Shown one piece after another: positions 1-13,088 of a stretch of DNA of 64,000 nucleotides; the stretch's first letter is position 1, and the number at the start of each line of letters is the position of its first letter. The notes beneath the pieces are model-generated. The model was not told where the DNA came from. It saw nothing but the letters and a program-made list of their open reading frames with translations, and searched no databases. The stretch comes from Vicugna vicugna. Lineage: Eukaryota. The stretch is taken from contig MU058844.1 of assembly GCA_013265495.1 (NCBI GenBank), forward strand, positions 4,269,535-4,333,534, in the 5' to 3' direction. A program made the position numbers and the translations under genes.

Positions 1-338
1 CTGAGAAAAAAAAAAGATGACGACAAATAAACTTAAATATAAAACAGAAACAGACTCTTACACCTAGAATACAAACTTGTGGTTGCCAAGGGGGAAGTGG
101 GTGGGAAGGGACAGGCTGGGAGTTCGAAATTTGTAGATGTTGACAGGTAGATATAGAATAAATAGACATGTTTATATTGTATAACACAGGGAAATACATA
201 CAAGATCTTGTGGTAGCTCACAGTGAAAAAGAATGTGAAAATGAACATATGTATATTCATGTATGACTGAAATATTGGACTCTACACTGGAAATTGACAC
301 AACACTGTGAACTGACTATAACTCAATAAAATTAAAAA
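1..338 (+). mobile_element. L1 3' UTR (camelid/artiodactyl-type), runs off the window start
   Basis: AAAACAGAAACAGACTC...AAACTTGTGGTTGCCAAGGGG...GGGAGTTCGAAATTTGTAGA...ACTATAACTCAATAAAATTAAAAA; clearly homologous to 44430-44759 (+) and 56887-57194 (-). Confidence 0.9.
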
Positions 339-1404
339 TATATATATATAATTTCTGGTATTTCCTTCAAAACATATTGATGAAACACATCAATTACACT
401 GTAAAGACATATAAATTATGTGATTAAATCTGATTCAGTAACTTACTAGTACAAACACTTTAAAGACAATCATTTTTTTCTTTTCTAATTTAACTTAGAA
501 TGCCTGAACGTAAACCCCTGTGACTATGGATTCCCAAGAATATATTGTTTATTCAACCTACGATTCAGTCAGATTGTTTTCTGAAAATTTCTGTGATAAA
601 TCACAATGGAGACATAATTTTTGTTAAATTTGACACACATGATAAAATAAGTATTATGTACATCCCCTTTCCCACTCCTCCAGAGTTCTCAGTTATCTGG
701 GAAGGTAGATTATTCATGTTTATTAGCGAACAATGGCAAGCAAAAAATAAACAAAAACCCTTTTATCAAAAGGTTATTAACAATGACCTTTTGTTCAGCA
801 CAACCCATGTATAATAAAACAGGCACTGGGAGGAAATATTTATTCATTTAACAGAGCCAGGATTCACATCATCAAAAATATCACCAAGGATTTAAAAACA
901 ACTTGTCAAGAGTGTCTAACAAACTATACAAACATACAACTCTTCTTTGAAAATAAGCTTGTCACTGATCAACATCCATCCATAAGCTATTAGGCAAAGA
1001 TATGTTAAAAAAGATGATAGTTCTGATATGTCAGATTTTAAGATGTTTACTTAACTGATGACTGATAGTTTCACCAAGTTCATTTACTACACAAACATAA
1101 AACAAACCCAGAACTATCATTTTGGAGAACTAAGAATGAAATACACAATTTATCATGTTATGTTCCCCAAAAATGAAGTTTAAAGGTGCTACGTGCCTTA
1201 ATCAAGAACAACAAAAAAATCCAAAACACCAGTTAAATAAACAAATCCCTACATTACTAATAGGACTATTAGTGTGATCAGTGATCCTTGATATACTTAG
1301 AACTTAACTCCTAACATTCAAATTCAGTGATAACATACAAAATTAAAATGCAAAAAAGTTCCACTTTCCTCAGTTTTTAAAAGTTTTAAAAAATAATTTT
1401 TAAA

Positions 1405-2616
1405 TCTAGAAAAGATAATAAACAAGTAGGACTACATCAAACTAAAATACTTCTGTACATCAAAGGAAACCGTCAATAAAATTAAAAGTCATTTTAACCA
1501 AATGGGAGAAAATATTTGCAAATCATATATCTGATAAGAGGTTAACATCTAAAATATACAAAGAACTCATACAACTCAACAGCAAAAAAGCAAACAATCT
1601 GATTTAAAAAAAATGTGCAGAAGATCTGCACAGACATTTTTCCAAAGAAGATATACAGACAGATAGCCACCAGGTACATGAAAAGATGCCCAACATCACT
1701 AATCATCAGGGAAACACCGTCAGAATCACAGTGAGATATCAACTCACACCTGTCAGTATGGCTATTATCAAAAAGATAAGAAATAACAGGCAAGGATATG
1801 GAGAAAAAGAAACCCTTGTGCACTGCTGATAGAAAAGTAAATTGGTATAGCCACTATGAAAAACAGTATGGAGGCTCCTCAAAAAATTAAAAATAGAAAT
1901 ACCATATGATCCAGCAATTCTACTTATGAGCATTTATACAAACAAAACAAAAACACTAACTTGGAAAGATCTATGTACCCCAATATTTACTGCAGCATTA
2001 CTTACATTAGCCAACACATAGAAACAACTTAAGTGTCCACTGATGAATGAATAAATAAAGTGGTTGCAGTATATATACATACAATGGAATACTATTAAGC
2101 CATAAAATACAAGGAAATCTTGCCATTTGCAGCAACATAGAGCGCATTACGCTAAATGAAATAGTCAGATGGAGAAAGATAAATACTGTATGATCTCACT
2201 TATACGTGGATCTAAAAACAAAACAAAATGACAACAGCAACAAAAGACGCGGAAAACAAGGTCATAGATACAGAGAACAGATCGGTGTTGGTCAGAGATA
2301 GGGGAGTAGGAAATGGGAAAAGGATGAAGGGGATCAAAAGGTACAAACTTCTAGTTATAAAATAAGTAAGTCTTGAGGATGTAATGTACAGCATGGTGAC
2401 CACAGTTAATAATACTGTATTGCATATTTGATAGTTGCTAAGAGAGTAGGACTTATGAGTTCTCAACGTAAGAAAACACATCTTATAACTGTGTATGGTG
2501 ATGAATGTTAGACTTACTGTGGTGGCCATTTTGCAATACATACAAATATTGAATCATTATGTTGTACAACTGAAACTAAAATAATGTTATATGTCATTTT
2601 TACCTCAATTGAAAAG
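1405..2616 (+). mobile_element. 5'-truncated older L1 (ORF2 C-terminus + 3' UTR, L1MA-like)
   Basis: Typical ORF2 3' sequence (GACTACATCAAACTAAAA, ATATTTGCAAATCATATATCTGATAAG, GATCCAGCAATTCTACTT); the minus-strand ORFs 1542-1823 and 1739-1933 are antisense L1 readouts; ends TACCTCAATTGAAAAG. Confidence 0.9.
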
Positions 2617-2894
2617 ATAAAGCTAGAAAAATTATTCGAAAAGGCATCTGTATACTTAAATGGTTTTCAAATTTCCATTATAAAGATGATAAAGATTATA
2701 AGTAATACTATGTATTTCAGCATATACTTTTTCTTTTTTTTTTCTAAAATTGACAGAGCTGAGGGTGATCATTAAAAATATATCTTTTCACAGATGTGGA
2801 CACTGATATGCAAACTAATGAGCCAAAATCACACAGCCAGTGACTCTGCCTCTCAGTGGCATGAGAGTATCTAATAGCAATATGGGTTCACATG

Positions 2895-3066
2895 TACACA
2901 TGTTTACTCTATGTCAGGCACATCCCTAAGTACTTTACATAGGTTACCAGTAACATAGGTACTATTTTTATTCCATTTTACAGATGAGGAAACTGAAAAC
3001 CTGAGAAGTACTTCCCCAAAGTGGTGGTGTGGAATTTGAACCCAGGCATTTTCTTACTCTTAACCA
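2895..3066 (-). mobile_element. MIR SINE
   Basis: Reverse MIR core CCATTTTACAGATGAGGAAACTGA and GGAATTTGAACCCAGGC. Confidence 0.85.
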
Positions 3067-3189
3067 TCAAAATATCTTCTTTGATCTTTTCTCCTTCCCA
3101 TAGATACTATTTTTAAAATGTTTTTAAACCTCCTGTCCCAGAACTGGTGCATAGTAGATGTGCAATATAATTTGTTTGTTAGTTGATAC

Positions 3190-4851
3190 TAAGATCACCA
3201 AGGTTCGTGAGCAAAAACTCACTTCAAAGACATTTGCCCCTGTACAACAAATGGATCTGTGCTCTGAAACTGACAACAACCAAAGAGAAGTCAGTCTCAT
3301 CTGTGTGGTAACATCATGTGGTGTCATACCTGTACTTATCCTTCTACTGCATCTGGAGAGAGCTTTTATAAATTCATTGAAAAAGATGTAGGCTAGTGTA
3401 GTTTCCAGTAGAAGACTGGAGGGTCCAGCTCTAAAATATCTTTTCAAGTAAGAGAAAGCGTTCTAAAGTGCTGTCCAGATGCTGAAGGACCTTCAAATAG
3501 ACAACAGGTAGGAAAGACATACTTACTTAGCCCTACAGACGCATAGGCAATTTCTAGCAATGTCCCCTAAAAGGTATAAGGCTGCTTCTGTAGGGCTCTA
3601 ACTTTATATCAAAGAAGTGATGAGCATGTGAGCTTTCCATAGTCCCCACTGTGACTGGGATCCACTGGTAGAGGCAAGGGAGGGGAGTGATGATCATACA
3701 GCACATATTAGGAATCACCATCATCAAACCAGCAGCCCCAAAACTATGTTTCCAGGAACTTCTACCCATAGCCATGATTACAACACACAATTGGAGAAGA
3801 AAACCAAGTCTCTAATATTTACTTGGACAATCAAGGAATAGTTCCAGCCTGGGGTGTCCAGAGATCTCTGGCTTTATCTACCATTTTAAACTGCATAACT
3901 GTTAGTAACTGTTAGTAACTGTTGACCTTAAGGATATTGTACAGTGTGAATCTGATTGGTAATGAGCCTTCAATTTACATATAGCTGGCATGTCTGGAGG
4001 ACATATGGGACCAGAGAGTCTTTAGGGAAATAACTCACTTATAAGGAAGACAGAGTCAAGACAACTAGCCCCAAAGACTATCTCAGAAGGAAAAGATGAT
4101 CAACTCAAAGTTCTTTATTCAGATTATTAACTGACCTAGCCTGATTGATGTCCATGCCACAGGGAGAGAAAGAATACATCTAAAGTTTCACCAAAACCGC
4201 TGTAGGACAATGGAAATCAAGGCGACACTGATCTGTAGCCTATCTTTCATAGGTGGCATCAGTGGGAGAAAAGGTAGGAAGAATATATATTCTTGATCAT
4301 GGAATGATAGACCTTGGGAAGGACATTGGCTGAAGCAGCAGGATGGGCCATAAGATAATTTATTATATTCCATGGTCATCAAATCCAGATAGTGCTGGTG
4401 ACTTCACCAGAGAAACAAACAGATTCATGGAATAGTTGTGGAGTCCCTGACAGATATGAAATGTCTTCAGCGGGGCAGAGGCTGTGTCACCAACAGATGT
4501 TGCTGCAGGAAATCACAGCAAGAGAGAAGGAAAACAGCCCACGACCACGAGAGAACAGCACCTGTGAGCACAGCACAGGACCTTGGGGGCTGCCCAGAAA
4601 CACTGAGAGCCTGACTGCTGAGTGATGGTTCAAGCCCCTATGATTGGTAGTGGGCCAAACCAGAGACAGGACTTTCAGAACTGAGGGGACATGGGCTGTA
4701 CACACCTCACACGCACACAAGATTCCATCATTTTAAAAAAATTCCTTTGTTCTCTAGTCCTTGGATTTTTATTAGCGGGTGTGGCCCAGCAAAGAAATCT
4801 CTACTGCATTTCTCATTAAACTCAATCGTTTTTTCAAGAAAAATATAACAA
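3190..4851 (+). pseudogene. possible degraded processed pseudogene, parent not identified
   Basis: About 1.6 kb matching no repeat I recognise, with mRNA-like composition on +; one frame reads as protein-like through scattered stops (...SAVQMLKDLQID...RQFLAMSPKRY...PHCDWDPLVEAREGSDDH...); ATTAAA at 4815-4820 then an A-rich stretch at 4836-4851; no TSD found. Confidence 0.35.
3896..3925 (+). repeat. 10-bp tandem repeat (TAACTGTTAG)x3, last copy TAACTGTTGA
   Basis: Read directly from the sequence. Confidence 0.9.
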
Positions 4852-4894
4852 TGCTATTACCCAATCAAGTTTTTTTAAAACTTTATACCTTAAA

Positions 4895-5450
4895 TATTTC
4901 AGCCATCTATTGCTATATAACAAACTGCCCAAAACTTACTGGCTTGAGACAACAACATAAATTACTCTTCTTGATCCTGTGTGTTGACCAGATCAGTTGG
5001 GTGAGTCTTCTGCTCCTCATGGTATTGGTGAGGTCACTCACGTGACTGAATTTCACTGGTGGCTTAGCTGAGGCTCGAACATCCAAGATGGCCTCACTCA
5101 CAATGTGTGGCAGCTAACGTGGTTGTTTTTTAGGAAGCCTTCTGTTTTGTCCACATGGCCTCTCAACCTCCAGGGCTTTTCTCTCCCTGTTGCTTCCTCA
5201 AGAAGGTAAGCCAGACTTTCTTCCATGGTGGCTGGCTTTCAAGATGTCAAACTCAAGAGCTGCACTGCATAGTAGGGACTAAGCCCTTACTAGTCACTCA
5301 TGTCCCTTTTACAACATTTAATTAGCCAATGCAAGTGACAGGGCCATCTCACTTTCAGAGAGAGTCTGATGAGAGGAGTGAAAAAGTCACCGGCAGAGGG
5401 GTGTGCAGCCTGGGTGGGACTGTTGCATCCACCTTTGGAACAATCCCACA
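4895..5450 (-). mobile_element. MaLR (MLT1-type) solo LTR
   Basis: TCAGCCATCTATTGCTATATAACAAACTGCCCAAAACTTACTGGCTT, CATCCAAGATGGCCTCACTCAC and terminal AATCCCACA resemble reverse MLT1. Confidence 0.8.
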
Positions 5451-5959
5451 GCAAACAAAAAAACTTGTGTAATACATTTGAACTCTAGTTCAGTATGATG
5501 CGTGACTATTTTCCTGTGAGGAACAGAATGATTAATGATTCACTCAGATGAGCATCTGTTTTCCATTGAGGCTGTTATTATGTCAGTTTACTGAGACACA
5601 GAAGGTGCTCTATTAGACTTTGGATAGAAGTTTACTCTGAAGAAAGCAGACAACTCGCAGAAGACCTCTCAATTCACTCATGTCTCATTCAAGCCTATAA
5701 GTGCTGATCAACCACCAATCACAGACTGCCTCAAGAGGAATACCGAGGTCCTTCTGGCTAACATTTTTATTATCTTAATACAGTGTCGTGTTCATTTTCT
5801 CTAACCAAAGTTATTAAATAAGTGAATACACCGATTCGTATCACTGGGAAAGTTTAGAATAAAACAGTCAGAGAAAAATACAATTCCACAAATGAAAGTC
5901 ACTTTCTATTTAAAGTTGCAGGTTAGAATTGGGCTTTTTTTGGTGTACCTCCTTTGTGT

Positions 5960-6388
5960 GTCCCCTGTGATCCTGATCTGTTCCTCTACCAGGGAATCCC
6001 TTACTGCATACATTTTGGTGGAAGGAGGAACCTGGCTTTCAGTTGGCAGCTAGCAGGGGTTACATATTGTCTCCCCTGGCCTGTGACAGCTAGACTGCTG
6101 GCACATGAACTTGGAGGCTCCACTGGAGTGGCTGGCACACCAACGCAGAGGAAATGTACAAAGACAAAGGCCGGTTAGAGACTGCTCTCAGGGGTGGAGA
6201 CAAAAGCCCCCCCGGGAAAACAGTGTCTAGTTTTCCGCCTGGCTGTTGTGTTACCCATCTTCTTTGATTCCTAATCATTCCCTGTGTGTTTGAGCCTTCC
6301 AATCACATTTCAGTACATTATTTCTTGGCTTAAATTATTTAGAACCACGTACTATTGTAGTTTTGCAACTATAAGCCCCAACTGAGTA
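5960..6388 (+). mobile_element. ERVL-type solo LTR (LTR16/LTR33-like)
   Basis: 3' end TTCTTGGCTTAAATTA...TTGCAACTATAAGCCCCAACTGAGTA and internal CCTGTGACAGCTAG resemble LTR16/33. Confidence 0.5.
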
Positions 6389-6469
6389 GGAGGTGGGATT
6401 ATTTTATAAATACCTATTGGAGATCTAATAGTGTATCATGCCCTGTAGATAACGCATTAAAAAAAACCT

Positions 6470-7080
6470 TAAATTCTTAACCTCCAGAGCTTACAGTCTG
6501 GTAAGAGACATGGGGAGATGAAACAGCAAGATGACAAAAGGAGACAAAATCCAAGCAGACAAATGAAACCTATGTTATACTCACTATAGAGCGCTAGGGA
6601 GACAAACAAAGCAGGGAAGGGCATAGATTGCTGGGAAAGGGTATCCAGCCAGTGGAGGTTTTGTAGTTTCAAATCCGATGATTATGGATTCCTCATTAAG
6701 ACAACATTTGAGCAAAAGAGATAAGTAAGGGACGGAGGCAGGAGTGTGCCTGGTGGTTTGCTATACACAGAAGAAAGTCAGTGTGGCTGGCGTGGCAGGA
6801 GAGGCTAGTAAATGAGGGCAAAGGAATCTGGTAAAAGCAAAGAAGGCTTTGAAGGCAGTGTCAGAACTTTGGCTTTTATCCTGAGTCATTTGGAGAGGCA
6901 TTGGAACAGAGGTACATGTCTTGATTTAATTTCGCTTTTAAGGGATAACTCAGGCTACTATTTTGGGAACAGATTGAGAAGAGGAAGTGTGTACTGATGA
7001 GAGTGGAAGCCGAGATCAACTAATTATCTCAGGAATTCCAGTTAACAGATGATGGTGGCTTGGGCTGGAAACAGTGAAGA
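6470..7080 (-). mobile_element. L2 fragment
   Basis: GAGCTTACAGTCTGG, ACATTTGAGCAAA, AGTCAGTGTGGCTGG, GAACTTTGGCTTTTATCCTGAGT, GATGGTGGCTTGG. Confidence 0.8.
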
Positions 7081-8344
7081 TCATTTCTTTACTTTTTTCC
7101 CCCTCTCTGGTTGCTTTCAGTGTTAATATAAATCTAGGAAAATAACAGTAGCTGTTCTAGCCTTTTTCACACTGTTATAAAGCCTTTTTCAAGGCAATGT
7201 TTTCCAAAACCTCTCCTTCCTGTTGAAGATGACACTATAGCAATAAATTTTCCTCTCTGAATTCCAATTTTGGTTTTGCAGCTCTCAGATGCACTGCCAT
7301 CCTCCATGGCTGGTTGATGTAAGAGGCAGCTACCTGTCTGGCTTTAGTCCAGCTCCCTTAGAGGAATCCTGACTGTGGCTAAAGTTTCCATACCAAGGAA
7401 GTTACTGCTCTGGGTTAAGACCTTGCAAATGGGTTACTTTCCACATGTACGTGATAAAAAAAATTTAATATGCCATTAACACATTAGTTTGGATTCATTT
7501 ACCAAGAAAGCATTAGAGATAAGGTTTAGGGAGAAAAATTCACCAAGGAGGAATCCTCTGCAGTAAGAATATAGCTGGAGCAAGAAAAGGAGCTCAGGAT
7601 TCAGGCTAATGAGGTCCTGCATCTGGGAGAGCAAAGAGAAGGTGAAACCAGTAAGGAAATGTTGCATCTTTCAAAATTATATCTAGAAAAGGGCCTATCA
7701 GTAAACACACAAATGATCAGGTTCCACCTGCCCAGGGCCTCACAGAATTTGTCAAATGAAACCTCTTTTAAAAGTCAAGCAGTGTTTAAGAAGAAAAATA
7801 TAATATGCTCCTCCCTTTGTTCTCAGTCTCTGATTTTAAAAGGATTCTGCAGGTTTTCAAATGGGAGGAGTTGAAAATATTTATTTGCTAGGGGCAGATT
7901 TCCAAATCCTTCTAGTCAAGTCAGTGGACTTGTGGTCCACTAGAGGACTGGGAGCTCTCGGGAAGACAGAGAGCTCGGTGGGTGGAAAGCCTTAAAGCCA
8001 CATCGTTTCCCCAAAACATTTGCAAAAAGCTAAGTTTCTATTTGTGACTCAATATCTAACTATAGCTGAGGGGTATATATGCCCTAGTCCTCTTACTTTT
8101 AAAAGAAATCTCTGAAACTATTCTCTCTCTTTTTTTTAAAAATGTCATGCAACAAACACAAAATTGCCCTTTGTGCTCAATGCTTGCTTCTTATAGTAAT
8201 GGCTGTGGCCTCAGGACAAAGACATATATGTCTACACCCTCCCTGCCAGGTTCCAATACTAACTCGGTTGGTAAATATTTACAGTTACACAGAAGCAGCG
8301 CAATGCAACCGAACAGCAGAAAGTGAATGAAAATTAGCGAGGCG

Positions 8345-8515
8345 CTGGTACTCCAGGCACCAGCACAGAGATTCAAACCCTGCCTCCCATACTTAAGAGA
8401 TTTGGGGCACTGGGCAAGGCTTTTCATCTTTCTCAGCCTCAGTTTCCTTAACTCTATAATGGGGAGAATAATATTCTCTGGCAGAATGATCATAAACATT
8501 AAAAGAGATCATATT
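8345..8515 (+). mobile_element. MIR SINE
   Basis: CTGGGCAAGGC...CTCAGCCTCAGTTTCCTTAACTCTATAATGGGGAGAATAATA. Confidence 0.8.
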
Positions 8516-8534
8516 ACAAGTGGCTGGCAGAGTA

Positions 8535-8960
8535 TTGTTCAGTTAGGATGTATGTGGCAGCCAGAAACAAAACACTCAACTAACAGTGATTTCAATGCAA
8601 GGGGTTTATTTTTCAGTAAACACAAAAGAAAGGATTCCCTGGGTTGGTGCACATGCTCAGTAGCATCAAAGATATAGGTCAATTTCTCTGTGATTCTCTT
8701 GGCTGCCATAGCTCCAGGTAGCATGTCCTTAAATGACAATGTCCAAAGCAGAAAGGTGGGCATTTATCTTTGCAACTCTCTCATCGGGGAAAATTCTCCC
8801 CAGAAGGCCCAGTAGTGTCCCTTAGCCTGCACTGGATGACATGCCTGTGTCTGGGCTACAAGCAAAACTGGGAAAGTGAGTATTCAGCATTTTCCTTCCT
8901 TGTGTGAGGTGGATTCTGCAGCAAGAGAGAAACTGGGATGGACATGGCAGCTGGGTAGAA
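8535..8960 (-). mobile_element. MaLR (MLT1J/K-like) LTR
   Basis: TCAGTTAGGATG...GGCTGCCATAGCTCCAGG...ACAATGTCCAAAGCAGAAAG...CTGGGAAAGTGAGTATTCAGC. Confidence 0.7.
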
Positions 8961-10011
8961 AGGCAATGATGTCAGCTTTTGATGCTCGGTTTTGTAAGCA
9001 CTTATCAACGTCAATTTCCCTTTCCCTTCAACTGGAAGCACAATTCAGCAAGTGCCGGCAGACACTTACAGATGCCTCTACCTGCTGTGAATGCTGCAGT
9101 GTGCTAGCTCACATCCCCTCTTTCAGACTCAAAATCTTCCCGATTCACCACTTAGATTTCTATTTCTGAAGCATAACTATGCTGCCCATTGTGAAAACAA
9201 CAATAGCAATAAAACAACAAAGAAAACATTCTTTTCTTGCAAGGCTTACCTCTGGAGGCACATGCTGTGGTTAGACAAAGGTTCAGACATGAAAGAAGAG
9301 CTGGGGCTCCATACTATTTCTTGTTTTACAATTCTAACAAAAGGACATGGCCATCTCAATGTTTTCCCAGATGGATGTACCTTTGATATGTGATGGGTTG
9401 CTTCCTGCTTGTGCTGGCCATTTCCTTTTGCTCAATCTATTCCACATGGGAAGTAACTTTTTTGGTTGAAAAAAAAAAAAAGGATATTAATATAATTCAA
9501 ATAAAGCCCCTTCTCAGTTGCCCTAGTGGCAGAGAAGGGCAGGGGAGAACAGTGATCTGGAAGATAGAGCTAACAAAGAGAAAAGAGCAAGGGACCAGTT
9601 AGGCTTGGGGGACAGCACTGAAGTTGGCTAGAGCCAATGTTTGTAGTTGGCTAACAAAGCAGGCTATATTTTGTCAAGGGCGTAGGAGGAAAGCAAGGCT
9701 CTCATTAAAATTAATTGAGGAAGATGCAGGTCTTAGAAGCTATACTTAGACAAGTGCAGAGATGCATTTAGAAGTAAAACCAGATGATAAAATATTGACA
9801 CCTCAGCACAGAGAGCATGGATAAATGTGTCACTGGATAGCGAGAAGACAGGATGCATCAGACTCAGGACAGAGACTGTTACTTGGACCGTAATGTTTCA
9901 GGATTCTTAGTTTTTTAATGAGAAGAAACTGGAGGTTACTCACAGGACCAGCCATAACCCTATTATAGTTAGTTATACATGAATCAACACAGAAAAAAAT
10001 ATGAATATAAC

Positions 10012-10090
10012 TGTGTGTGTATGAGGGTATGTGTGTATACATATCTGTGTGTTTGTATGTATATGTGAGTGTGTGTGTCTATACGTACAT
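10012..10090. repeat. degenerate (TG)/(TA) microsatellite
   Basis: TGTGTGTGTATGAGGGTATGTGTGTATACATATCTGTGTG... Confidence 0.8.
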
Positions 10091-13068
10091 TTTTGTTTAA
10101 CTTATTTAAAATGAATCCTTTAGCCATTGTGATACCTGCACTGGAGTGACATTGCTTGACTGTAGTAGTCAAGTTTCTGAAGATCAAAATGGGAGAAACA
10201 AGAGTATCTTAGACAATATTTTTTTAAAATCAGCCCACATTCTGTTTCGACGTGCTCTTTCTTATAACAACTTAGGGTATTTATAAAGTCAAGAGAAGAT
10301 AGTTTTGATTCTTAGGATTGGGAGACTTGAATTTCTTGGTAGGAAGAAAAAATTCCACATTATTCGGTGATTATTTTCAAAGCATTTTCTTCATATCTAG
10401 TTGGTTCCTCCAAATAGATTACAAATACCCTGGGTTAGAAACTGCTTCTTACTTGTTATATTAAATGTACCTAGTTTATCTCTTACAATAAGTTGCACAC
10501 AAGATCTGATTAATACATTTTGGGCTACTCATTATTGCTCTGGTACAGTTCTTAACTCATTCTCACTCTTCAGTATATTCAAGAATAATATATAACTGCA
10601 TATTTATATCAGTTTTCTTAATACATTCTGTTAATTTGGACATTACAACATTAGTTCATTGCTACATATCCCATGATGTTCAATACAATGAAAATATACT
10701 AAGTGTCTTGTCCATCAATCCTGTGGCCCCAAAACCCACAGGGAGCAATTCTGGGCATGCAGTAGCCCTTTAAGGGAAAACCAATGGTCATCACTGTTGT
10801 TGTGTTTGAGCCTGTGTCCAAACACAGACAAAAATATAAAACCTTCAAGATTCCTGCATGTCTTTTCCTATCACTTTAAAACTGTGTATGTATGTGTGTA
10901 TGTGCAGACATGAGTGTGGTCAGGTGTCCAGATTTTTATTGTCTCACAGTAGATGTACGTTTTGCCTGCAGTATGCATTGTCAGATGTATATACTGAGCT
11001 GGACATGCGTACATCAGTTTAGGATCAGACTGCAGCGTGGGAATGCTGATGCTGACCACCCAAACCCAGAGGTTATGACATGCTGGGAGTTCTCTTTCTC
11101 TCTCATCGTTTAGGGTAGCTGAGAGCTGGGTACCATATTGTACCACAACCTAGTGATGAAAGACAGACTTTTAAAGGCTTGATCACCCCTATTTTAAAAC
11201 AGGGAGGATCCCTGTTAAAACTTGTACAAATGTGTCCATCAACTCAGCAACCATGGAGTTCAGAGTCAACAACTAAAAAGAGGCTGGAAAGAGAGGAAGA
11301 TCCTTGTTTGTTTACTCGTTTGCCATGTACTTTCAAAATACAATGGTGGGAGAAGGTTTGTTCCAATTTTTCCCATAGATTCTCCTTAGGGAATGCATTT
11401 AAACAGAACAAAATAGTCTTATCTATGACTCAACAGAAATAGAATCTGTAGTATTATTTTAGCTTAAATGTGATTATGTGGGAACATTCCTTTGTTATTT
11501 GTTTCCTGTACTCTAAAGGTGGCATTTAATGTAATCTTGTTTTACTTGGATTTCTCTGACAAATGGGAATGATTTGTTTCTCTTTAACAAAAATTAAAAA
11601 TCTTACCCACACATGTTAGGGAGGACTCTATTTTTATTAAAGATGAAAAAATGTTGTTTCAAAGAACTGAAAGAACTTAGATACTTTCCTTGTTATTGTA
11701 GTATTTTTGTCAGGTATCTTAGGCAGGTGTTAAGCATTCAGTCCTTTTCTACAGAGACTAAATGCGAGCTGTACAGTGAATTGTTGAGCACTTTATAGGT
11801 ATTATTACACATAGGGATGGGAGATTAATTATAAGCTTAGATGCTCCCAAATATGGCTCCTTGAAAACAGGTAGCATGGATAAGAGAGGGTGAAAAGCAT
11901 TACCTTTAACCAAGGATAAGCCTGGGAGCCCAAATCAGAAGCGGGCCTTTAACAAAAATGAAGAATCATCAAAATTTGTGTTTAGCTCTTCTGTCCTTGT
12001 GACTTTATAATATTTTACTCCTCCAGGTAACCCCTTATTCAGGTCCTACATTTCTCCAACTTATCACAATCTCTCTCAGTAGGTCAACTTTAAGTTAACA
12101 TGTTGTCTGTCCCAGGGGCTATTCTAATGTTAAGCTTCTCACAGAAGTAAATAGAGCTGTTATATGCTAATGAAATTACAAGCTTGAGATGACATGCAAT
12201 TTTGCCTCAGTTACTCTTGAAATTATAAACATACTTCCATGTATTCCACCAGGTAAAAAGTAAGCCTTTGTAAAAATTATACCCTTTCCTTCCATGCTGC
12301 CTTTCTATACTCTTATTTTTTGGTCTTATTGCTTTCCTGATACTTATTAAAGTGCCTTTCAACAAAATGTATATCAATGTTTATATTAAACAAAAACAAA
12401 ATACAAGAGTCATCATTATCTTGGGGGAAGGACTTTCACAAGGTATTCTGAAGTTAAGATTATTTTCTTCCATTGGTTGTTTACACAATTGGAAAGGGAT
12501 AAGGGAGAGTAGTGGTGTGAGAATAAAACTTTAGAAAATATCCATCAGTCTATTTGTCATATGTATACATTCCACACTTCATACTGCCAAATCCTGAAGA
12601 CCGAATATACACTCGTCTCTCCAGAATATAACATTTCTTTTCGCTCATCTTAAAAAGACAAACCAATAAGGGTATTGTTGGTGCCAGCAAAGTATAACAA
12701 GGTACAAGAATTCCCTGAGATTAAAATAATAATAATATTAATGTCTCCATTGGGAAAAGAAGACAATTCTGTCAGCCTTACTCCTGTCATCTTCCAGCCT
12801 TGATTTTTTTTTTGTTATTTTGTAAAAACTTGCAAACTATACATTTAATATTCTGCTACAAGAGCAAGATGTTAATGTTTATATATGGGGCTGGGATGAG
12901 ACTGGACTACCACACAGAAAAGATCCTACACTAGAAAATAAATTTATAGACTTCCTCCAAATACCATTTATGTTGATAAAATACCTTACAGTAGAACTGC
13001 TGGAACTGGCACTTCACCATCATGTGTGTGAATTCAGTGGTCAGAAATTAAACCTGTAATTTTTATTC

Positions 13069-13088
13069 ACTGCCACCAGGTGGTGGTC
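13069..13088. promoter_or_regulatory. candidate CTCF binding motif (near-palindromic core)
   Basis: + strand TGCCACCAGGTGGTGGTC; - strand CACCACCTGGTGGCAGTG; both fit the CCASYAGRKGGCRS-type core with about one mismatch; flanks not recognised as repeat. Confidence 0.55.

Noticed and set aside
7923..7977. Two short inverted repeats (AGTGGAC/GTCCACT; GAGCTCTC/GAGAGCTC) and CCACTAGAGGAC
   Set aside because: Stems of 7-8 bp occur by chance in 64 kb, and the CTCF-like word has a mismatch at a key G.
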